A stretch of 53,586 nt of DNA, filler included, from Sphacelaria rigidula (Eukaryota), in NCBI GenBank assembly GCA_964200075.2. It is 3 parts of 3 records of this genome, joined end to end, with 100 filler letters (N's around TTAATTAATTAA, not from the genome) between each part and the next. Parts side by side here need not be neighbours in the genome. Positions count along the whole stretch, not along the records: positions 35,796 to 53,586 come from CAXNAA020000993.1; 2 more parts are not named here. One strand, 5' to 3'. The position numbers and the translations under genes are program-made. Shown in pieces: positions 35,696 through 46,400 of the stretch; position 1 is the stretch's first letter, and every line of letters starts with the position of its first letter. A model generated the notes under the pieces. It was given only the letters and a program-made list of their open reading frames with translations. It searched no databases and was not told the DNA's origin.

Positions 35696-35795
35696 NNNNN
35701 NNNNNNNNNNNNNNNNNNNNNNNNNNNNNNNNNNNNNNNTTAATTAATTAANNNNNNNNNNNNNNNNNNNNNNNNNNNNNNNNNNNNNNNNNNNN
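35696..35795. other. Artificial scaffold linker/gap (N44-TTAATTAATTAA-N44)
   Basis: Identical structure to the first gap. It lies between the truncated ends of two convergent genes. Confidence 0.97.
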
Positions 35796-36100
35796 TTAAA
35801 AAGAAAAAAAAAAAAATAGTCGGAGGAGTCGAAATCACGACGGATTGAAAAGTCATTGGACGCGCGCTTTGTTGCCGACGAAAATTCCAGGCATCCGACC
35901 CTCGGGTTTTCCAGCTACGATGCTATGCGGGCCTCGCAAGAGACGAAATTCTTTACCGGTAAGAACAGAGCGCGCACACCATCAATAGAATAGCATCGCA
36001 AACTAAGATCCAGTAAACTATATGCGCAAACTGTTGTACTGTCTGTACGGAAGAGATGTACACCAGAGATTCGCCAAACCGAATAGCAGCCAGTACATAC

Positions 36101-36436
36101 CATGAGCCGGCCAGAGACGTTCTTGACAGTCCAGAAGTCGAACGCCAAGAACAAAATGCAGAGGATATAGGTCATGATGGAGTACGACGAAACCCAACCG
36201 CCCATCAAGTAGATGAACAGCGCCAGAAATTTGAAGATGTAGTGAAAGAAGGCCGTCATAGGGTTCCGGGACTGCCGAATGAAGCCAAGCTGCCCCCCCG
36301 CGAACCCGCCGCCGCCGCTGCCGCCGCTGCCCCCAGCCACCCTATTCGAACCCCCAGCCCCAGTGTTGATGGATGATGACCCCGCGGCATGTTCTACTAC
36401 GTTGATGAACTCCAGTTCATCTTCTTGTGCCGGCAT
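36101..36436 (-). CDS. TVP23: Golgi membrane protein TVP23/FAM18 (plant ECHIDNA) homologue, first exon only
   Basis: Translation contains the family signature S.NP...FFH..FK..AL..Y...ILFLAFDFWTVKNVSGRLM. ATG at 36436, donor atg|gtatg at 36100. Downstream exons are not visible, presumably lost in gap 35696-35795. Confidence 0.9.
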
Positions 36437-37491
36437 TTTGGCTACGGCTGCGGGGAGTTAGGGTAGGGGATGTAGTGGGGACAGGGAATAGGGCTTATGG
36501 TGTCAGGGCGATGGGTGTTCGTCCAGAGGCAGGGTGGGTTTTTGGAGCGCTGTTGTCAAGTTGTTCGCATCACAGTAGTTCTGTGCATTGCGGTGGTTCG
36601 TGGTTTATACTCACTCGCGGAACAACTCTAACTTGGTGTTCGTTAGGTGTTACACACTGCCTGTACTGTACTGTTGTGATGGACAACATATGAGGAATGT
36701 CACCACGTATAATGGCGATCGATGGCTTCGACGTTGTACACCAACACGGGCGTACACAAAATCCATCAGTGCTTTTGTTTGTCATTTCACGTGCGACACC
36801 GCGAGATTGTTGCTTCTCTAGGGTAGGAGTTTTGCCTGCCACCATGGACAAGTCTCTGAGTTCTTGGGAGACAGCAACAGCGTTTATGTACAATCCCAGG
36901 CAGTCGACTCCAACAGAGCAAACAACAAGGACCCTAGGGAACATCATAACGCCATGGCCTTCGAAAACAGAAACACAAGTTAACCACTATATCTACACAA
37001 TGCACTCACATGGTTCTTCGTCGTGCTGAATGCCCACCAAGATACTCTGTCTCGGTTATGTTCTCTGTTCGTACACTTGACAGCGTGTGTGATATTTTCC
37101 CCTGGTTATTTTCCAGTATCACTTTTCGAGCTTTTCTTAGTCGTGCAAAGTCATGTGTTCTTTTATTCATTTTGACATCCTGGTCTGGAAAATGCAATTT
37201 TTTTTTCCTAGTTTACTTTATTCAATAGAAGACCCACTCCCCTACATGAACAGTCCCTCGTCTGGCATCTGCTGTCTCTGGCCCACGGGTCTGAAGAATA
37301 GACTGTACGAGTAATCGCAAGGAGATTCATAAATATTAATTTTTTCATGCATGAGGTAATCCTACTTGTCGGGGGTACACCTTGGATTTTGAATTGCTAG
37401 AGATTGCGAATTCAGCACTGCGGAGACAACCCTCTTGCTGCTTGGGCTGAGGCGGATGCCCTCGTGCTCGTAGTAGTTACCTGACATTACC
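36437..37491. promoter_or_regulatory. Putative bidirectional promoter/5'UTR region between TVP23 (-) and BRCA1-like (+)
   Basis: Divergent start codons separated by 1055 bp. No specific cis-element identified. Confidence 0.45.
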
Positions 37492-40400
37492 ATGATTTCA
37501 TTCGAAGAGGAGAGAGATCGGGACACCATGGCGCACCTGGAAAAGCTGAGGAAGGGCTTGGTGTGCCAAATCTGGTGAGGGTCGATTGGCGGGTACTATC
37601 CTGTTGTACTGTACTACAACAGTACACTGTTCTCTCCTGCCTCTACCACTACCGTAACCTACTCTGTTCCTGCACAGCAATACATGAACCCCAGCTGGCG
37701 TTTTGTAGCTGCTACATCCTTTGCGAAGGATATCCACAACCCTTGTGATCTACGGGATGGGCTTATAGTTTTGCATTCCAGTATATTCTCGAGAAGCATG
37801 GTCCACCTGTTCCCGACGCTCCTCCCAGCTGTGATATTATCTGGAGTTACCCTTTTCAATAAATACCTCCTTATAATAATAATAATAATAATAACCTCCT
37901 TGGTCTCGATGCAGTTAGTACAGAAGAGCCGCGCAAGTTGCGTACTGTACTTCGGCAGATTTGCCCACAACTCACCCTATAGGTGCAAATTCGCTGGAGT
38001 TTTCTCTTGCCATTTCCATAGTTGCAACATGCCTTGTAGTTTGCATCATACTCTCAGAATCTTTTTGTGCCAACATCGCAATCTTTACCTGGTCGAACTC
38101 AAGTGCAACTAGTTTGGTGACATATATTTATCTTGATGCTGGGAGACGAGGTAAGATTGCCATCATTTGACGAGCCGAGAGACCGCGACGACTACGGCAT
38201 ATAATCGGGGTATACGCAACTCCTGGAGCTTGTTTGGCGAAAAGATAGCCTGTGACCGGAGCTGACGCAATTTCAACTTGACGATTGAAATAGCGTCTTA
38301 AGTACTTTGCGACGCGGTGTCATGAGGCTAGCGTGTGGTTGACGCCCCTGCAGGATGCAACTACCCAGCCTTCGTGTTCAGATGGTTTGTATTGACCATT
38401 CAATCCGGCAGTACCGCAATTAGTCTCTTGGGAACCCTCCCCTTCCGTCCCCGGGCCAGGCGCCTAATTATATCAAGCTATGACGAAGAAGAAAAATGGG
38501 AATAGAAAAGATCGATAGCAACCATTTTCACGGCGGAAGGCCACAGAAGAATGCACCAGCATACGTCATGCGCGCACCAAAAATGTCACCCCGGTGCAGT
38601 CATACTAGTATTGTCCAGTGAGAGGCGCAACTAGGCCTTAACCGTTAAGGCACGCCGAACGCTTGCCTAAGGCAAATGGATGAGGGCCCGAAAAAATGCT
38701 GGGGGTCACGCAACAACTAAGGCATGCCTGACACTCAATTCCATGCCTGACAAGTCAAATCCATGCCTGAGATGCTCTAGTTTCTGGGTTTGATTTGCCT
38801 TAGATTTGCCTTAGACAACCTCCCCGGTATCCCGACTAATTGGAGTAGGTGTCGTCATTCGTGTACCTTACGTCCATTTTTTTTAAGTGAATGTGTTTGG
38901 CTCGCCCAAACAAGGCATCTCAGGCGCTATACCCCTTCTCAGGCAACCCCTTTCTGATAAGGGGTTCTGAGGCAAAAAGTAAGGCATGCCTTAGAGGTCA
39001 GGGCCTAGACGCAGCGGATCACTTTTTTCAAGTTTGTGCACACAGCCAAAATCAGCACTTGCTTCCCTGATGTCTATAGAAATCAAAATCGGCACCACCT
39101 GTCTATTTCTATATACGGAGCCCCGTGCGGCACTTGAACACATTCTTATATGGATCTGAAAAACACGGCTCGGGCTAATACTTTTGCGTGAAAGCTGTAA
39201 GTACTCAACAAAAATCGTTGAAATAACAGCACCTCGAAATCCACACTTTTCCATTGCCAATACCAAAGGGGTTAATGCTCATTCGTTTGCTATTGGATAC
39301 GGGAGATATTGTACGATATACGGAGATATGCAGTTCGCTAAGCTAAGTAAAGCACCGTCGGTAGGTGGTACGCAAATCGCCATTTTGTGTAGTAGGAAGG
39401 AACAGAGCTGTGCCTATCAATGTCTTTTAATATTAATATTACATGCAGCCCCAATGATGCACTAATCGTTCTTTTGTGAAAAAATCATCTCTTACTTCTC
39501 ATTTTCCCCACCCGTGTTCTCAGTGGAAACTTTTTGCGAGACGCGTACAATCTTCCCTGCGGCCACAACTTCTGCTTGGACTGCGTAGACGAGGCCTTGG
39601 CCGAAAGGAGTATGTGTCCTTCCTGCAAGAATCCCGCGTGGTCCAAGGACACGGTGAAGAGCGCCCAAACGGTGAGGAAAGACGCGTTCGACTACAAGTA
39701 CCCAGCGTCAGACGTACTGTTCGTTGGGCGCCTGATAATGTGCAGTATGCTATGTGGGGATGAGGTGTCATCTCTTTTTGTTGGCATCAACGTAGTCGCT
39801 TCAGTGGTCTGCTAGATAGTGCCGTTGCGTTGGGTGCATACGTAGTGTGCAGCACAGTAACGCCACACGGCGAATGGAAGGCAGGGCTGTCCTTGTTGCG
39901 ACTTGCAATGCAACATCATCCTCGTTCCGTCCACCATACTCCACAAGACACATGTTTGTCTCCATGAGAAGGTTCATTGCGAGGCCCAGCGCACGCCCTC
40001 TCTTGCCACACTTGGTGTTTCCGCCACCACCCTCACGTCCTTGAATATGCCGTCCCCCGCTTGATCGCTCCATGACGATATTACGTTTTTGGTCTCGCAG
40101 GATAGCGCTGTTCACGACTGGGTGAATCAATGCGAGGCCACGTATCAGGCATTCGTGGCACGGATAGCGCAGTACGACGAAGACGGTACGGACTCCGTCG
40201 TGAGCGAGGTATCTGGAGAAGCACTGGACAACGACGACGCAATTTCGTTGCACGCGGCATCACCGGCACCTCCCATGCCTTCAACACCATCAGATAAGGC
40301 AGATGCCGAGTCGCCAATATCACTTGGAGAAGCTAGTGCAAAGAGCGCCGCAGGACAGGAGGCTTCGAGGTCACAAATAATGCGGGAGGATGGCGTGACG

Positions 40401-43400
40401 TGCACCTCCAATCTTGAGGCTTCGAGGTCACAAATAACGCGGGAGGATGGCGTGACGTGCACCTCCAATCTTTCATGCGCGGCGACTGGAGCACTGGCTG
40501 TGGCTGCGAGTGCGGACACGACGAGTGTGGACACACTGGCAGCGTCAGATACGATCGACTGTCGGCTCTCTACTGCAGAGCTTGAAGGGAACACGGTGCC
40601 CCCGCTGTCCTTGCGCATGGGCTCTCCGATCGCGGCGGCGGCCGTGGCGCGATCTCCTCCTGTCTCTTCAGGTGCGGAAGAGAATCCGGTAAGTGAAAGA
40701 GCTTCTGCGGCCAAACGCCGTCCACTTCCGTTTTCGACTGACAGATACGACCGACAACAGACCGCGGACGGTCTCGCTGATGCGGATGCTGCGTCTGCAC
40801 GATGTTACCCTGCACACCTCGGAAACCCGCAATGGGAGGAGTCGAACAAAGGTGAGCGGAAGGACGGAGCAGCTGCAGGCAGATCAGAGGACGAAAACGG
40901 TACCATGCCAGGACCAGAGGTGGCTCAATCAAATCACAACAATATCGGGGACTTCCCGACGTCTTTCCCCCCGATTCCACGGCTCGTGACGGGTCGAGAC
41001 CGCCAAAGGTCACCGTCGTCGCCTCCTTCACGACAGAGATGCTCGGAGACAACGCCGTTGCAGGTGACGACCGATCGAGAGGAAGAAACTGCAGCGATAC
41101 CATTGAGTTTCTCCCGTTTCGCCGAGAGTCTCCCGGATACATGTGACGTGTTTGGGCAGGACTCTCCCGCACAAGCTCCAGCAAGGAGCAGCGTCTTGAT
41201 TGCGACGCCGCCCGCTCTGCCCTCGTCTGCGGCAGTGCAGCGCTTGAAGCCGGCGAGATTGGATTCTGTCTTCGGCGACACTTCCGACGGCTTGTCTGGT
41301 GTGCCCGATCAAGACCCTGACAGCGACGGGGAAAAAATGCGATGCGCTGAGGCCGATGTCCGTAGTCCAGTGGATGGCGTTCCAATTCGAGGTGTTGATA
41401 TCTCACAGCAGAAAGCGCTCCCAGATGCGAGCTTCAATCACCACCAGGACGCTGCTGAGGCATCCAGCCCCCAAGAGTCGAGCTTCGGGCGACCTGGGGA
41501 CGGGGAAGAAGGGACACATCGTAACGAACGAAACGAGGGGTTTGGTGACCTTGTCGATACCGAGGGTGCTGAGCATAGTGCCACACACTCGGACGAGCCA
41601 CCATCGAAAGGCAGGGGAGAGCAAGTTTTCCCACCAGGACAGTCAGATGACTGTGGCGGCAGTGCCGCCGGAGGCTTCGTTGGCGTGTCTTTACGGGAGG
41701 GAAGTCGTACTCATAATGATGACGTAGATGACGAAGATGCTACGCGCTCGGCTAGCTCGTCTTCTCCTATGGGCGTGAGGCATACGACAAAACCAGCACC
41801 ACCGAATGCTTCGGTAGACACTCTTGTGCAGCTGAGCAAATTGGCAGACAAAAATGTGGGCGATGGAGCGGTCAAACCAGAGTCGATGCTACTCAATAAT
41901 ACCACGGCGGAAGAGGATACTGAAGAGGAAGCATGCGACACGCCAGGGGCAGTATCGGGTGCACTCGAAAAGTGTGTCCAGCAACACGTGTCTTCGACGT
42001 TCGATTCTCCCACTCAGAGGAGTGTACCCTTGATTCCAGCAGCTCACTTGCCTTGCCCCTCCCCTGTCTCATCGCCATTGTCGGGTAAAGTTACCAGCCC
42101 TTTGTGCGGTGCTGACCCACGGCTTGAGCAGAGTGTGACGGGTAACTTTTGCAATCAGATGAGAGTTGCCCAAACCGATGCCGACAACGAGCGATGTAGT
42201 GGCAGCGAAACAGGAAGCAGCCTGACGATGGCGCTGGACTCACCAGGATCAAATGAGAACAAAGACAGCACCGTGCACCAGGAAGGGGGCGCGCTTTATC
42301 AGCTCGCCGAACTTGCCTCTCTTGAGCGCATGGCCCCTTCCCAGCCAAGGCGCTCATTTCCCGACGGAGTTGGTGAATCGTCAACTACCGGCACCCCTTT
42401 CAACGAATTTCCAACGGATGGTGACTCGAGGCAAGCAACACCAGGGTCGGTCATGAAGGAAACGGCTGCGATTATTGCAGGAGACCATAATAACGCTGCC
42501 GGGTCTGGTTTGCATGTAAGGGCGGGGGTGGAACGACCCAGCAGTAGGCCTACCTCTGGGGCGCTGGATGCTCCGCTGACGAAGCCTGTCGCCAACGAGG
42601 GCGATGAAGATGAAGATAGCTCTACCATCGCGGCAGACGATGAACCACATGCTGCTACGCCGAGCAAGGGTTCAAGGGATGCTTTGAGGAATCTGGTACG
42701 CGTCTGCGAGCCCCCGATGCAAGACGTCATGCGAGAAAGTCGAGGGCAGAGAGGCTCCACGGAAGGAGAGACAATTGCCAAATCGGGAGAATCTCTATGC
42801 GTGTCTGAAACTCTGGCACCTAACAGTGTCGTCACGTGCGATCTTGTGGCAGAGGAGGATAAAGCCCCATCTCCCGCGAAACAGCGCGATGACAAGGGCT
42901 GGCTACACATACCTGAATCTGTTCCGGAGACGGCAGGGATCGGAACGTATGCGCAATCTGAAGTGCCGGAAACACTTCCCGATAGTAGCGCCATAAAGGA
43001 AGCGAACGAGCGTTCATTTCCCTCTGAAGATGTTCACGGTGACGGACGGACAGTACACGACAGCCCGTCGGTCGAAAACAATCCTACAGAGAGGTCGTAT
43101 GGCGAAGCCACCAATTGGGGCAAGGATAGCGACCTTCGTCGGATGGACCTAATCCTGGAACTGGGAGCAGCCGAGACTGCGAGTGGCGATGTGGGAGGCC
43201 ATGGACCAACACCCGCCCCACAAGTTCCCGCTGTCGCTGAGACCACAGTAGGAACGTCCGAAACGGGCGAAATTGCAGCGACGGAAGGGAGAGACGTGCA
43301 GCAGAATAACAACCTAACCGAGTCGCTGGAACCGACAACCGAGACGGCGTTGGCCCACAGCCTCTCTTCTCAGGAAGTACCTGAAACGGTCCTTTCGCAG

Positions 43401-46400
43401 GACATGCCAGATACGCCGCTTTCTGATGAGGTAGCCCCACACGTTCCCGCTGTTTCCGAGACCACAGTGGGAAAGTCGGAAACGGACAAAATGGCGGCGC
43501 CAGGAAGGAGAGACGCGCAGCAGAGTAAGAACCCAAAAGAGGCCCTGGAGCCGACATCGGAGACGGCGCCAGCGCATAGCCTCCCTTCGCAGGAGGTACC
43601 TGAAACGATGTTTTTGGAGGACGTGCCAGAAACTTTGATTTCGCAAGAAGTGCCAGAAACGCCGCTTTCCCCTGAGGTAGCCAAGACGGCGGACATTATC
43701 GCTGCTGCAGCGAAGGATCGCCGTGACACAACCGATTCGGGCGACGAGATGAGGAATGATGAAAGCCCGCAGGAATCTAACATGCTTGAAACGCCACAGC
43801 TGCTTCCAGCGGGAGCCACCGACAGCCAGAGCACCATCGACGATACGATTGGGGCTGGTGCTGGCGATATCGGTGCTCAGGCAATGATTAAGAAGAGGAA
43901 ACATGATATCCCGCCGACCGAAAGCCCCGACAGCGCCCGCAAACGCTCGGCGGATTCAGTAACTCTCTCGCCAGAACATTTCGAAAGCAGAGGAAAGCGG
44001 CTGAAGGAGACGCGTCGCGAGGAAACCTCGCCCATCAGGGATCACACGCCTGAACGAGAACGAGTGGACTACGCATCGGATACCGGAGCACCAAATGAGA
44101 CGAACGAGGTCGCGACAGGTCCTCCACTTGTCCTCCGCGGGGGCGGCGGTTCTGGTGGTTCTGACGATGAAGTGGTTTTTGAACCATCGCCGGATTTCCC
44201 CGGCACTGCAGTGGGTTTGTGCGGGGAAATTGACGGTGGTCGCCACTACGGCAAGGATGGCGCGGGAAATGCTCACGGCGAGGATCTTACTGCTGACAAT
44301 GCCGTGGATGATTCCCACGTGGGAAATATATTCTACGAGATGGATGATGGGTCGTCGACGCCGCCGCCGCGAACAACTGAAGTCGAGCGCTCAGCGAGCA
44401 TGTCAAGCACTTCCGTGAAATCAGTCTCGAACCCTTACGAACACTCGAGCCATCTCGAGATACAGCCTGACGTCGAGTGCACGTTTGGACCTAGCTGGAA
44501 CAACTCGAGAAAGGGTGCAACGACAGAGGGAAACGGGCAAACACCGAAGGTAAAGGGGAACGAAGCTCTGCAAAAAAATTCCCGCCGACCTACCTCGGCG
44601 ATGATGGGTTTTGGAGCCCCATCCCAAGGGAATCGACTCGCGCGGGGCCCGTCGGTCTTCGGGAACGGTGCAATCGACACGAGAAGGAAGGAGAACGCGT
44701 GTCGAGCCAGCTCAAACACGATCTTGGCGGCCGGTCGCAGCAGCAGCGGTAGACGATTCGGCGCCGGCGGCGCCAGCTCAGCGGGGCAGGGGAGTGTAAA
44801 CGGCATTGCTAATTACTCAACTTGTGAAGAGACTCCGCCGAGTTATCTGGTTCCCAATACACAGGTGAGTGCCGTATGCGCTTGAAACCTGATAATGTGC
44901 GCTCTGACACAGCGGCGAACAGGATGGAGAGCCCGTTGGTGAAACGTGCCTGTGAAGTAACCAGGTGCGGTGGTGTACGGAGAACGAGCCACCTCGCCAA
45001 ATGCAACCGCGCGCAACCACTCGATTCTCTAAACCGCCAGGTTTGCTCGGTACGCGACTTTTCATCCGTAGGGTACACCCTGAAGAGAACATTTCGAGCC
45101 TCATGTGCCAAAGCCTGTGCCAAAGCCTGTGCCAAAGCATCCCATATGAGCACAAGAGCGGCTGCTGTTGCTTTGCATCCTTGCGACCGACTCCCAGACT
45201 GGCAGTACGTCGATTGTCTGCTCTACATCACGCCGGTTTGGGACTTTGCTCCCGGCCTCGCTTGACGTTGTTTTTTTCCATTGGCCCACAGGACGTCGAT
45301 GAGTTAGAAGCAGGGTTCGCAGCTCTAGACGGTCGAGCACCGCGAGCCCGTTCGGCGGATATGAAAGTGCCCGACTCATTGTCTCCCAGCCTTTTCCGTG
45401 CAGTCAGCCTTGCTGAGAGCGACACTGGTCCGGGAAGCAGTAGGAATGGCCGACTCCATTGGAGGGAGAGAACAGGAAGCTCACCAGTGGGAAAGAAGAG
45501 ACCGAGAAGTTCCAGAAACGCGACCGCCGGAATGGCAGACGCTTCTGGACGCCGTACAAGGAGGGAGACCTCACCATCAGTCGATAGCTCTCCGGTTGTC
45601 CTAGTGTTCCTAGGGTGTCAAGACTGGGAGCTAAAACGCGCCACGTTACTTTGTCAAAAGCTGAGGCAATCCCGCCTTCATACCGAACTAACGCGCGGCG
45701 TGACACACGTCGTGCTCGGTAGTTCGAGGACGGCAAAAGCGAACGGCGACGATGATGGGTCGGACAACGACGGACCCGTACGGCGCGAGTTGAGTGCTCA
45801 TGGTTTAGATGGCTACCTGGAGGCAGTCATGCTCGGACTGTGGGTGCTCGATTTTTCGTGGGTAGAAGCATGCTTGAAAGGCGGCAGCGGCGCCCGCAAA
45901 TGGACTGCCAGGCATCCATCATTACATTGGCTAGCTCCCGCGCGCGACTTTGAGATTGTTGGTTGCTTAGACAAGCATGACGGCTGCATCCCACGCCGAG
46001 GACGGATGCTTCGGGAAGATGGGGAGCTCTGGGATGGATTCGTGGGCCCGCACAGGCTTTTCAGCGAGCATAAGTTTTGTATCGTAGTCGGCGCCGGGCA
46101 AGTAACTCGAACTAGTCTCCGCTGGCTCGAATGCGACGAGTACTTGAAGTTGGTACGCCTATTGAAGCTCGGTGATGGGCACGTCTTTCACGCCAGCTTC
46201 TCGTCCGCACGTCCTGCGCTTGCGCGGTCACGGGGGAAAGAGCTCAAGAAGGGGGCTAGGACGTGGTCCGACGAGCCGCTCGCCTCGGAGCACGAAAGTA
46301 GATCTGGAGATGACGGGAGCAGCGATGACGAGACGAGCAGAAGACCGGTGGTGGTGGCGTTAGTCGAGGAGGAGGCAGGTGGAAAAATTAGTCCCCAGCT

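Noticed and set aside
38395-39275. Possible piggyBac-like element (…caaagggg|ttaa end at 39271) enclosing the hAT-like MITE
   Set aside because: The matching left terminus is too degenerate to support.
40145-44806. Numerous long antisense and alternate-frame ORFs
   Set aside because: Shadow ORFs of the GC-rich giant exon, with no independent motifs or splice signals.
44965-45291. 5' part of the 699-aa ORF read as the N-terminus of a separate BRCT gene
   Set aside because: It lies between a strong donor (44865) and acceptor (45291) and contains a minisatellite. It is better explained as an intron of the BRCA1-like gene.
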